The notes under the pieces: generated by a model
The model's input: only the letters and a program-made list of their open reading frames with translations
The model's database searches: none
What the model was told of the DNA's origin: nothing
Assembly (NCBI RefSeq): GCF_018350175.1
Contig: NC_058368.1
Span: 192,698,001-192,762,000, forward strand
Direction: 5' to 3'
DNA length: 64,000 bases
DNA from: Felis catus
Taxonomy: Eukaryota
Translations under genes and position numbers: made by a program
Shown: positions 11,604-24,232 of the stretch, piece by piece
How the letters are laid out: each line of letters starts with the position of its first letter
Numbering within the stretch: the first letter of the stretch is position 1

Positions 11604-13063
11604 AAAGAACAGGAAGTAGAAGTAATAGCCAGGGATTTAATCAAACAGATATACAGATAGAAGTAAGACGTCTGAACTTGAATTTCAAACAACAATTATA
11701 AGGATACTAGCTGGGCTTGAAAAATGCATAGAAGGCACTAGAGAATCCCTTAAAAGAACTTTTAGTTCTTTTAAAGAACTAAAAACTAGTCAGGCTGAAA
11801 TTAAAAAAAACTATAATCAAGATGTAAACCCAAATGGATGCCATAACAATGAAGATGAACAAAGCAGAGGAGAGAATCTGTGATAAGGAAGATAAAACTA
11901 TGAAAAATAATGAAGTTGAAAAGAAGAGGGAAAGAAAGGTAATGAATCATGAAGGTAGACTTAGAGAACTCAGCAACTTCTTAGAGCAATAATATTTGTA
12001 TCACAGGAGTCCCAGAAGATGAAGAAAGAGAAAAAGGGGCAGAAGGTTTATTTTAGCAAATTACAGCTGAAAACTTTCCTATCTGGGGAAGGATACAGAC
12101 ATTTAAATCCAAGAAGCACAAAGAAGTCCCATGAAATTCAACAAAAGCTGGCCATATGACCTAGACACATCATAGTCAAATTCACAAAATACACAGACAA
12201 GGAAAGAATCCTGAAAGCAGCAAGGGAAAAAAAAGTCCTTAACCTACAAGGGAAGACAGATCAGGTTCGCAGCAGACCTATCCACAGAAACTTGGCAGGC
12301 TAGAAGGGAATGGCAGGATATATTCAATGTGCTCAATGGGAGAAATATACAACCAAGAATACTTTATCCAGCAAGGCTGTCATTGAGAATAGAAGGAGAG
12401 ATAAAATGTTTCCCAGCAAACAAAAACTAAAGGAGTTTGTGACACTAAGCCAGCCCTGCAAAAAATATTAGAAGGGACTCTTCGAGTGGGGGGAAAAAGA
12501 CCAAAAGCAATAAAGACTAGAAAGGAACACAGAACATCACCAGAAATACCAATTTTATAGGTAACACAATAGCACTAAATTCGTACCTTTCAGTAATCAC
12601 TCTGAATGTAAATGGTCTACATGTTTCAGTCAAAAGACACAGGGTATAAAAATGGATTAAAAAAACAAGACCCATCTATATGCTGCATAGGAGACTCATT
12701 TTAGACCTAAAGACACCTGATTGAAAGCGAGGGGATGGAAAACTGGAGTAGCCATGCTTATGTCAGACAAATTAGATTTTTTTTTTTTTTTTGGAGTGAA
12801 AAGCCTTTAGTTTAATGACGCTCTGCCTCTTTTTTTTTCAATATATGAAATTTATTGTCAAATTGGTTTCCATACAACACCCACTGCTCATCCCAAAAGG
12901 TGCCCTCCTCAATACCCATCACCCACCCTCCCCTCCCTCCCACCCCCTATCAAGCCTCAGTTTGTTCTCAGTTTTTTAAGAGTCTCTTATGCTTTGGCTC
13001 TCTCCCACTCTAACCTCTTTTTTTTTTCCCCTTCCCCTCCCCCATGGATTTCTGTTAAGTTTC

Positions 13064-16000
13064 TCAGGATCCACATAAGAGTGAAACCATATGGTATCCG
13101 TCTTTCTCTGTATGGCTTATTTCACTTAGCATCACACTCTCCAGTTCCATCCACGTTGCTACAAAGGGCCATATTTCATTTTTTCTCATTGCCACATAGT
13201 ACTCCATTATGTATATAAACCACAATTTCTTTATCCATTCATCAGTTGATGGACATTTAGGCTCTTTCCATAATTTGGCTATTGTTGAAAGTGATGCTAT
13301 ATACATTGGGGTACAAGTGGCCCTATGCATCAGTACTCCTGTATCCCTTGGGTAAATTCCTAGCAGTGCTATTGCTGGGTCATAGGGTAGGTCTATTTTT
13401 AATTTTCTGAGGAACCTCCACACTGCTTTCCAGAGTGGCTGCACCAGTTTGCATTCCCACCAACAGTGCAGGAGGGTTCCCGTTTCTCCACATCCTCGCC
13501 AGCATCTATAGTCTCCTGATTTGTTCATTTTGGCCACTCTGACTGGCGTGAGGTGATATCTGAGTGTGGTTTTGATTTGTATTTCCCTGATGAGGAGCGA
13601 CGTTGAGCATCTTTTCATGTGCCTGTTGGCCATCCGGATGTCTTCTTTAGAGAAGTGTCTATTCATGTTTTCTGCCCATTTCTTCACTGGGTTATATGTT
13701 TTTCGGGTGTGGAGTTTGGTGAGCTCTTTATAGATTTTGGATACTAGCCCTTTGTCCGATATGTCATTTGCAAATATCTTTTCCCATTCCGTTGGTTGCC
13801 TTTTAGTTTTGTTGGTTGTTTCCTTTGCTGTGCAGAAGCTTTTTATCTTCATAAGGTCCCAGTAATTCATTTTTGCTTTTAATTCCCTTGCCTTCGGGGA
13901 TGTGTCAAGTAAGACATTGCTACGGCTGAGGTCGGAGAGGTCTTTTCCTGCTTTCTCCTCTAGGGTTTTGATGGTTTCCTGTCTCACATTCAGGTCCTTT
14001 ATCCATTTTCAGTTTATTTTTGTGAATGGTGTGAGAAAGTGGTCTAGTTTCAACCTTCTGCATGTTGCTGTCCAGTTCTCCCAGCACCATTTGTTAAAGA
14101 GACTGTCTCTTTTCCATTGGATGTTCTGTCCTGCTTTGTCAAAGATTAGTTGGCCATACGTTTGTGGGTCTAGTTCTGGGGTTTCTATTCTATTCCATTG
14201 GTCTCTGTGTCTGTTTTTGTGCCAATACCATGCTGTCTTGATGATTACAGCTTTGTAGTAGAGGCTAAAGTCTGGGATTGTGATGCCTCCTGCTTTGGTC
14301 TTCTTCTTCAAAATTACTTTGGCTATTCGGGGCCTTTTGTGGTTCCATATGAATTTTAGGATTGCCTGTTCTAATTTCGAGAAGAATGCTGGTGCAATTT
14401 TGATTGGGATTGCATTGAATGTGTAGATAGCTTTGGGTAGTATTGACATTTTGACAATATTTATTCTTCCAATCCATGAGCAGGGAATGTCTTTCCATTT
14501 CTTTAAATCTTCTTCAATTACCTTCATAAGCTTTCTATAGTTTTCAGCATACAGATCTTTTACATCTCTGGTTAGATTTATTCCTAGGTATTTTATGCTT
14601 CTTGGTGCAATTGTGAATGGGATCAGTTTCTTTATTTGTCTTTCTGTTGCTTCATTGTTAGTGTATAAGAATGCAACTGATTTCTGTACATTGATTTTGT
14701 ATCCTGCAACTTTGCTGAATTCATGTATCAGTTCTAGCAGACTTTTGGTGGAGTCTATCAGATTTTCCATGTATAGTATCATGTCATCTGCAAAAAGCGA
14801 AAGCTTGACTTCATCTTTGCCAATTTTGATGCCTTTGATTTCCTTTTGTTGTCTGATTGCTGATGCTAGAACTTCCAACACTATGTTAAACAACAGCGGT
14901 GAGAGTGGGCATCCCTGTCTTGTTCCTGATCTCAGGGAAAAAGCTCTCAGTTTTTCCCCATTGAGGATGATGTTAGCTGTGGGCTTTTCATAAATGGCTT
15001 TTATGATGTTTAACTATGTTCCTTCTATCCTGACTTTCTCAAGGGTTTTTATTATGAAAGGGTGCTGAATTTTGTCAAAGGCCTTTTCTGCATCGATTGA
15101 CAGGATCATATGGTTCTTATCTTTTCTTTTATTAATGTGATGTATTACGTTGATTGATTTGCAAATGTTGAACCAGCCCTGCATCCCAGGAATGAATCCC
15201 ACTTGATCATGGTGAATAATTCTTTTTATATGCTGTTGAATTCGATTTGCTAGTATCTTATTGAGAATTTTTGCATCCATATTCATCAGGGATATTGGCC
15301 TGTAGTTCTCTTTTTTTACTGGGTCTCTGTCTGGTTTAGGAATCAAAGTAATACTGGCTTCATAGAATGAGTCTGGAAGTTTTCCTTCCCTTTCTATTTC
15401 TTGGAATAGCTTGAGAAGGATAGGTATTATCTCTGCTTTAAACGTCTGGTAGAACTCCCCTGGGAAGCCATCTGGTCCTGGACTCTTATTTTTTGGGAGA
15501 TTTTGGATAACCGATTCAATTTCTTCGCTGGTTATGGGTCTGTTCAAGCTTTCTATTTCCTCCTGATTGAGTTTTGGAAGAGTGTGGGTGTTTAGGAATT
15601 TGTCCATTTCTTCCAGGTTGTCCAATTTGTTGGCATATAATTTTTCATAGTATTCCCTGATAATTGTTTGTATCTCTGAGGGATTGGTTGTAATAATTCC
15701 ATTTTCATTCATGATTTCATCTATTTGGGTCATCTCCCTTTTCTTTTTGAGAAGCCTGGCTAGAGGTTTGTCAATTTTGTTTATTTTTTCAAAAAACCAA
15801 CTCTTGGTTTCGTTGATCTGCTCTATAGTTTTCTTAGATTCTATATTGTTTATTTCTGCTCTGATCTTTATTATTTCTCTTCTTCTGCTGGTTTTAGGCT
15901 GCCTTTGCTATTCTGCTTCTATTTCCTTTAGGTGTGCTGTTAGATATTGTATTTGGGATTTTTCTTGTTTCTTGAGATAGGCCTGGATTGCAATGTATTT

Positions 16001-16879
16001 TCCTCTCAGGACTGCCTTCGCTGCATCCCAAAGCGTTTGGATTGTTGTATTTTCATTTTCTTTGTTTCCATATATTTTTTAATTTTTCTAATTGCCTGGT
16101 TGACCCACTCATTCTTTAGTAGGGTGTTCTTTAACCTCCATGCTTTTGGAGGTTTTCCAGACTTTTTCCTGTGGTTGATTTCAAGCTTCATAGCATTGTG
16201 GTCTGAAAGTATGCATGGTATAATTTCAATTCTTGTATACTTATGAAGGGCTGTTTTGTGACCCAGTATATGACCTATCTTAGAGAATGTTCCATGTGCA
16301 CTCGAGAAGAAAGTATATTCTGTTGCTTTGGGATGCAGAGTTCTAAATATATCTGTCAAGTCCATCTGATCCAATGTATCATTCAGGGCCCTTGTTTCTT
16401 TATTGACTGTGTGTCTAGATGATCTATCCATTTCTGTAAGTGGAGTGTTAAAGTCTCCTGCAATTACCACATTCTTATCAATAAGGTTGCTTATGTTTAT
16501 GAGTAATTGTTTTATATATTTGGGGGCTCTGGTATTCGGCACATAGACATTTATAACTGTTAGCTCTTCCTGATGGATAGACCGTGTAATTATTATATAA
16601 TACCCTTCTTCATCTCTTGTTACAGCCTTTAATTTAAAGTCTAGTTTGTCTAAGTATGGCTACTCCAGCTTTCTTTTGGCTTCCAGTCGCATGATAAATA
16701 GTTCTCCATCCCCTCACTCTCAATCTAAAGGTGTCCTCAGATCTAAAATGAGTCTCTTGTAGACAGCAAATAGATGGGTCTTGTTTTTTTATCCATTCTG
16801 ATACCCTATGTCTTTTGGTTGGCTCATTTAATCCATTTACATTCAGTGTTATTATAGAAAGATACGGGTTTAGAGTCAT
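13064..16879 (-). pseudogene. L1 ORF2p (endonuclease, RT, Cys-rich), broken into at least 5 pieces
   Basis: SIITLNVNGLN, CCLQETH, GDFNTPL, SDHN (endonuclease); [23 protein letters not shown] (RT); CWRGCGE..HCWWEC; ORF pieces 16634-16879, 16006-16542, 15014-15733, 14009-14893, 13064-13987. Confidence 0.95.
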
Positions 16880-16929
16880 TGTGATGTCTGTATGTTTTAT
16901 GCTTGTAGCGATGTCTCTGGTACTTTGTC

Positions 16930-17822
16930 TCACAGGATCCCCCTTAGGATCTCTTGTAGGGCTGGTTTAGTGGTGACGAATTCCTTCAGTTTTTGTTTGT
17001 TTGGGAAGACCTTTATCTCTCCTTCTATTCTAAATGACAGACTTGCTGGATAAAGGATTCTCAGCTGCATATTTTTTCTGTTCATCACATTGGAGATCTT
17101 GTGCCGATCCTTTCTGGCCTGCCAGGTTTCAAAAGAGAGATCAGTCATGAGTCTTATAGGTCTCCCTTTATATGTTAGGGCACATTTATCCCTTGCTGCT
17201 TTCAGAATTTTCTCTTTATCCTTGTATTTTGCCAGTTTCACTATGATATGTCATGCAGAAGATCGATTCAAGTTATGTCTGAAGGGAGTTCTCTGTGCCT
17301 CTTGGATTTCAATGCCTTTTTCTTTCCCCAGTTCAGGGAAGTTCTCAGCTATTATGTCTTCAAGTACACCTTCAGCACCTTTCCCTCTCTCTTCCTCCTC
17401 TGGGATACCAATTATGCGTATATTATTTCTTTTTAGTGTATCACTTAGTTCTCTAATTTTCCCCTCATACTCCTGGATTTTTTATCTCTCTTTTTCTCAG
17501 CTTCCTCTTTTTCCATAATTTTATCTTCTAGTTCACCTATTCTTTCCTCTGCCTCTTCAATCCCAGCCGTGGTCGTTTCCATTTTATTTTGCATCTCGTT
17601 TAAAGCGTTTTTCAGCTCCTCCTGACTGTTCCTTAGTCCCTTGATCTCTGTAGCAATAGATTCTCTGCTGTCCTCTATACTGTTTTCAAGCCCAGCAATT
17701 AATTTTATGACTATTATTCTAAATTCACTTTCTGTTATATTATTTAAATCCTTTTTGATCAGTTCATTAGCTGTTGTTATTTCCTGGAGATTCTTTTGAG
17801 GGGAATTCTTCCGTTTGGTCAT
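16930..17822 (-). pseudogene. L1 ORF1p, frameshifted near 17480
   Basis: MTKRKNSPQKNLQE... coiled coil in one frame; C-terminal part ...YKGRPIRL...ILYPASLSF...KPALQEILRGIL in a separate ORF. Confidence 0.9.
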
Positions 17823-18708
17823 TTTGGATAGTCCCTGGAGTGGTGCGGACCTGCAGGGCACTTCCCCTGTGCTGTGGTGTATAACTGGAGTTGGTGGGCG
17901 GGGCTGCAGTCAGACTGGTGTGTGCCTTCTCTTCCCCTCTCCTAGGGGTGGGATTCACTGTGGGGTGGTGTGGCCCGTCTGGGCTACTTGCACACTGTCA
18001 GGCTTGTGGTGCTGGGGATCTGGTGTATTAGCTGGGGAGGGCAGGCAAGGTGCACGGGGGCAGGAGGGGCAGGCTTAGCTCGCTTCTCCTTCGGTGATCC
18101 ACTTCAGGAGGGGCCCTGTGGCATCGGGAGGGAGTCAGACCCCCCGAGGGATGGATCCGCAGAAGCACAGCGTTGGGTGTTTGCGCGGAGCAAGCAAGTT
18201 CCCTGGCAGGAACTGGTTCCCTTTGGGATTTTGGCTGGGGGATGGGCGAGGGAGACGGCGCTGGCGAGCGCCTTTGTTCCTCGCCAAACTGAGCTCTGTT
18301 GTCCCCGGGGCTCAGCAACTCTCCCTCCCTTTGTCCTCCAGCCTTCCCGCTTTCCAAGCAGAGCTGTTAACTTATGACCTCCCAGACGCTAAGTTGCGCT
18401 TGCTGTCGGAACACACTCTGTCCGGCCCCTGCACTTTTGCAAGCCAGACTCAGGGGCTCTGCTTGGCCGGCGGGCCGCCTCTCCACCCCGGCTCCTTCCT
18501 GCCAGTCCGTGGAGCACGCACCGCCTCGCCGCCCTTCCTACCCTCTTCCGTGGGCCTCTCGTTTGCGCTTGGCTCCGGAGACTCCATTCTGCTAGTCTTC
18601 TGGAGGCTTTCCAGATTATTTAGGCAGGTGTGGGTGGAATCTAAGTGATCAGCAGGATGCGCGGTGAGCCCAGCATCCTCCTACGCCGCCATCTTCTGCC
18701 CTCCCGAT
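17823..18708 (-). promoter_or_regulatory. L1 5'UTR internal Pol II promoter with YY1 site
   Basis: AAGATGGCG on the minus strand at 18695-18687, close to the element's 5' end; CpG-rich. Confidence 0.7.
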
Positions 18709-20582
18709 TCAGACAAATTAGATTTTAAAGCAAAAACTAACAAGAGATGACGAATGGCATTACATCATAATTAAGGGGTCTATTCATCAAGAAGATCTAA
18801 CAATTGTAAATTCTTATGCCCCCAACTTGGAGACCCCAAGTATAAAAACCAATTAATAACAAACATAAAGAGACTCACTGAAAATACCATAATAGTAAGG
18901 GACTTTAACACCGCACTTATAGCAATGGACAGATGATCGAAGCAGAAAATCAACAAGGAAACAATGGCTTTGAATGACACACTGGACTAGCTGGACTTAA
19001 CAGATGTATTAAAAGAACATTTCATGGTAAAGCAGCAGAATACACATTCTTTTCGAGTATACATGGAACATTCTTCAGAATAGATTACATACTGGGTCAC
19101 AAATCAGCCCTCAACAAGTACAAAAAGATGGAGATTATACCATGCATATTTTCCAAACACAATGCCATGAAACTTGAAGTCAGCCACGAGAAAAAATTTG
19201 GAAAGACCACAAATGGAGGATAAAGAAAATCCTACTAAAGAAGTAATGTTAACCATGAAATTAAAGAAGAAATAAAAAAGCACACGGAAAGACATGAAAA
19301 TGAAAACATGACAGTCCAAAATCTTTGGGATGCAGCAAAGGCAGTCCTAAGAGGGAAGTATACTGCAATATAGGCCTACCTCAAGAAACAAGAAAGGTCT
19401 CAAATACACAGCTTAGCCTTACACCTAAAGGAACAGCAAATAAAGCCTAAAGCAAGCCTAAGAAGGTAAATAATAAAGATTAGAGCAGAAATAAATGATA
19501 TAGAAACAAACAAACAAAAAAACCAGTAGAACAGATCAACAAAACTAAGAGCTGGTTTCTTGAAAGAATTAATAAAATTGATAAACACTTAGCTGACTTA
19601 TAAAAAGAAATAAGAAAGGATCCAAGTAAATAAAATCACAAATGGAAGAGGAGAGATCACAACCAACACCACAGAAATACAAATAATCATAGGAGATTAT
19701 TATGAAAAATTATATGCCAACAAACTGGGCAAACTGGAAGAAATGGACAATTTACTAGAAACATACAAACTACCAAAATTGAAACAGGAAGAAATAGAAA
19801 ATTTGAATATACCCATAACCAGCAAAGAAACTGATCAGTAATCAAAAATCCGCCAACAAAAGTCCAGGGCAGATGGCCTCCCAGGGCAATTCTATCAGAC
19901 ATTTAAAGAAGAGTTAATCCTATTCTTCTCAAATTGTTCCAAACAATAGAAGTGGAAGGAAAACTCCCAAACTCCTTCTATGAGGCTAGCATTACCTTCA
20001 TTCCAAAACCAAAGACCCCACTAAAAAGGAGAGTTACAGACCAATTTCCCTGATGAAAATGGATGCAAAACTCCCCAACAAAATAGTAGCAAATTGAATC
20101 CAACAGTACATTAAAAGAATTATTCACTATAACCAAGTGGGATTTATTCCTGGGCTGCAGGGATGGTTCAATATTCTCAAATCAATCGACGTGATATACC
20201 GCATTAATAAAAGAAAGGATAAGAACCATACAATCCTCTAAACAGACACAGAAAAAGCATCTGACAGAATACAGCATCCATTCTTGATAAAAACCATCAA
20301 TAAAGTATGGATAGATGGAACATACCTCAACATCATAAAAGCCATATATGAAAGGCCCAGTGCTAATATCATCCTCAATGGGGAAAAACTGAGACCTTTT
20401 CCTCTATGATCAGGAACAAGACAGGGATGTCCACTCTTCACCATTACAGTTTAACATAGTACTGAAGTCTTAACCTCAACAATCAGACAACAAAAAAGAA
20501 ATAAAAGGCATCCACATCAGCAAGGAAGAAGTCAAACTTTCACTATCTGCAGATGACATAATACTCTATGTAGAAAACCTGA

Positions 20583-20800
20583 GGGGCACCGGGGTGGCTC
20601 AGTTGGTTTGGCGTTTGACTTTGGCTCAGGTCATGTTCTCATGGTTCACGAGTTCACGCCCCGCATTGGGCTCTGTGCTGACAGCTCAGAGCCTGGAGCC
20701 TGCTTTGGATTCTGTGTCTCCCTCTCTCTCTGCCCCTCCTCCACTCACACTCTGTCTCTCTCTCAAAAATAAATAAAAATCAAAAATTAAAAAAAAGAAA
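20583..20800 (+). mobile_element. Can-SINE in host L1 ORF2
   Basis: TSD AGAAAACCTGA at 20572-20582 and 20801-20811. Confidence 0.92.
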
Positions 20801-21023
20801 AGAAAACCTGAAAGACTCCACCAAAAATTGCTACAACTAATACATGAACTCAGCAAAGTTGCAGGATATAAAATCAACTTATAGAAATATGTTGCATTTC
20901 TGTACACTAATAACAAAGCAGCAGGAAAAGAAATCAAGGAATCAATCTCATTTACAATCATACCCAAAACCATTAGGTACCTAGGAATAAACCTAACCAA
21001 AGAGGTAAAAGATCTGTACTCTG

Positions 21024-21247
21024 GGGGTACCTGGATGGCTCAGTCAGTTCAGTGTCTGACTTTTGATTTTGGCTCATGTCATGATCTCATGGTTCATGGG
21101 TTCAAGTCCTGTGCTGGGCTCCATGCTGACAGTGCAGAGCCTGCTTGGGATTCTCTCCCTCTCCCTCTCTCTCTCTCTCTCTCTGGTCCTCCCTGACTTG
21201 CATGTACTCTCTCTCTTTCTCAAAATAAGTAAACTTAAAAAAAAAAA
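21024..21247 (+). mobile_element. Can-SINE in host L1 ORF2
   Basis: SINE head, (CT)n and A tail; degenerate TSD TCTGTRCYCTG. Confidence 0.9.
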
Positions 21248-22039
21248 TTCTGTGCCCTGAAAACTACAGAACACTAGTGAAGGAAATTGAAGAGGACACA
21301 AAGAAATGGGAAAACATTCCATGCTCATGGATTAGAAGAGCATTATTAAAATGCCTACACTACCCAAAGCAATCTCCCCATTTAATGTCATCCGTATCAA
21401 AATACCACCAGCATTTTTCACGGAGCTAGAACAAACAATCCTAAAATTTTTATGGAACAACAAGAGACCCCAAATAGCCAAAGTAATCCTGAAAAATAAA
21501 AGCAAAGCTGGAGGCATCGTGATTCCAGACTTCAAGCTATATTACAAAGCTACAGTCATCAAGACAGTATGGTAGTAGCACAAAAACAGACTCAGAGATC
21601 AATGGAACAGAATAGAAAACCCAGAAATGGGTCCACAACTATATGGTCAACTAATATTTGACAAAGCAGGAAAGAATATCCAATGAAAAAAAGACAGTCT
21701 TTTCAACAAATGGCGTTAGGAAAACTGGACAGCAACATGCACAAGAACAAAACTGGACCACTTTCTTACACCATACACAAAAATACACTCAAAATGGATG
21801 AAAGACCTAAATGTGAGGTAGGAAACCATCAAAATCCTAGAGGAGAACACAGGCAGCAACCTCCTTGACCTCAGCCATAGTAACTTCTTACCAGACATGT
21901 TGCCAGAGGCAAGGGAGACAAAAGCAAAAATGAATTTTTGGGACTTCAAAATGAAAAACTTCTGCACAGCGAAAAAAACCAATCAACAAAACTAAAAGGC
22001 AGCCCATGGAATGAAGGAAGAGATCTGCAAATGACACCT

Positions 22040-22995
22040 TGGATAAAGGGTTAGTATCCAAAATCTATAAAAAACTTACCAAACTCCACACCCGAAAAAC
22101 AAATAATCCAGTGAAGAAATGGGCAGAAAACATGAATAGACACTTTTCTAAAGAAGACATCCAGATGGCCAACAGGCTCATGAAAAGATGCTCAACGTCA
22201 CTCCTCATCAGGGAAATACAAATCAAAACCACACTGAGATACCACCTCACGCCAGTCAGAGTGGCCAAAATGAACAAATCAGGAGACTACAGATGCTGGC
22301 GAGGATGTGGAGAAACGGGAACCCTCTTGCACTGTTGGTGGGAATGCAAACTGGTGCAGCCACTCTGGAAAACAGTGTGGAGGTTCCTCAAAAAATTAAA
22401 AATAGACCTACCCTATGACCCAGCAATAGCACTGCTAGGAATCTACCCAAAGGACACAGGAGGGCTGATGCATAGGGCACATGTACCCCAATGTTTATAG
22501 CAGCACTTTCAACAATAGCCAAATTATGGAAAGAGCCTAAATGTCCATCAACTGACGAATGGTTAAAGAAGATGTGGTTTACATATACAATAGAATACTA
22601 CTTGGCAATGAGAAAGAATGATATCTGGCCATTTGTAGCAATGTGGATGCAATTGGCAGGTATTAGGCCAAGTGAAATAAGGCAGAGAAAGACAGATATC
22701 ATATGTTTTTGCTCATATGTGGAACTTGAGAAACTTAGCATAAGACCATGGGGGAAGAGAAGGTAAAAAATAGTCACAAACAGAGAGGGAGGGAGGCAAA
22801 TCATAAGAGACTCTTAAAGACTGAGAACAAACCAAGGGTAGATCGGGGGTGGGGGAGAGGGGAAAGTGGGTGATGGGCAGAGAGGAGGGCACTTGTTGGG
22901 ATGAGCACTGGGTGCTGTATTGAAACGAGTTTGACAATAAATTACATTAAAAAATAATAATAATTACAACCCCACCCAAACAAAACAAACAAAAC
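22040..22995 (+). mobile_element. Younger L1_Fc-like 3' fragment fused in register into the host L1
   Basis: ORF 22039-22500 is nearly identical to the young L1 ORF2 C-terminus; 3'UTR, AATAAA ~22936 and A-rich tail follow; older sequence restarts at 22996. Confidence 0.8.
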
Positions 22996-23799
22996 AAAGA
23001 AGGCATCTAGGTGGCTAACAGAGACATGAAAAAATGCTCAACATCACATATCATCAAGGAAATACAAATCAAAACCACAATGAAATACCACCTCACACCT
23101 GTCAGAATGACTAAAATCAACAACACAAGAAACAACAGGTTTTGGTGAGAATGTGGAGAAAGGGGAACCCTTTTGTGCTGTTGGTGGGAACTGGTGTGGC
23201 CACTCTGGAGAACAGTATGGTGGTTCCTCAAAAAGTTAAAAATAGAACTACCCTATGGCCCAGCAATTGCACTGGTATGTACCCAAAGGATATAAAAATA
23301 CAGATTTTACTTGGTACATGCATCCGAATATTTATAGCAGCATTATCAACAATACTCAAATTATGGAAAGAGCCCAAATGTCCACTGACTGATGAATGGA
23401 CAAAGAAGATGTGGTATATTATATACAATGGAATATTACTCAGCCATCAATCTTGCCATTTGCAATGATGTGGATGGAGCTAGAGTTTGTTATGCTAAGT
23501 GAAATAAGTCAGTCAGAGAAAGACAAATACTATATGATTTCACTCGTGTGGAATTTAAGAAACAAAACAGATAAACATATGGGAGGGGAGAAAAAGAAAA
23601 AAGAGAGAGGGAAACAAACTGTAAGAGACTCTTAAAGACAGAGAACAAACTGAAGGTTGGTGAAGGCAGGGAGGTAGGGGATGGGTTAGATAGGTGATGG
23701 GCATTAAGGAGGGCACTTGTTATGATGAGCACTGAGTGTTGTATGATTCACTGAATTCTGCTCCTGAAACCAATATTGCACTGTATGTTATCTAGAATT

Positions 23800-24232
23800 T
23801 ATTTATTTTATTTTTATTAAATATTTTAAACATCTATTCATTTTTGAGAGACAGAGACAGAGTGAGTGGGGGAGGGGCAGAGAGAGAGGGAGACACAGAA
23901 TCCGAAGCAAACTCCAGGCTCCGACCTGTCAGCACAGAGCCTGATGCGGGGCTCAAACCCACAGACCACGAGATGGTGACCCAAGCTGAAGTTGGACGCT
24001 TAACTGACTGAGCCACCCAGGCGCCCCTATGTTTATTTTTAAAATTACTTATTTATTTTTATTTGAGAAAGAGAGAGAGAAAAAAGCACATGCGTGCAAG
24101 TGGGAGAGGGGCAGAGGAAGCAGGCTGCACGTTCAGCATGGAGCTCGATGTGGGGCTTGACTTTAGGGCTGTGACATGACCTAAGCTGAAATCAAAAGTC
24201 AGACACTTAACCAGCTGAGGCACCAGGTGCCT
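23800..24232 (-). mobile_element. Two tandem Can-SINEs (~23800-24027 and ~24030-24232) at the host L1 3' end
   Basis: Two reverse heads (GCGCCCC ending 24027, GGTGCC ending ~24231); TAGAATTTA on both flanks. Confidence 0.88.

Larger units (their letters stand above)
12781..18708 (-). mobile_element. Full-length young felid LINE-1 (L1_Fc-like, ~5.9 kb), both ORFs disrupted
   Basis: GC/CpG-rich 5'UTR 17823-18708, ORF1, ORF2, 3'UTR, AATAAA at 12856-12851 and poly(A); perfect 18-bp TSD TCAGACAAATTAGATTTT at 12763-12780 and 18709-18726; TTTT/AA endonuclease site. Confidence 0.96.

Noticed and set aside
13064..16879. Active L1 or domesticated reverse transcriptase gene
   Set aside because: ORF2 is split by several frameshifts and stops (for example the stop at 15014-15016) and ORF1 is frameshifted.
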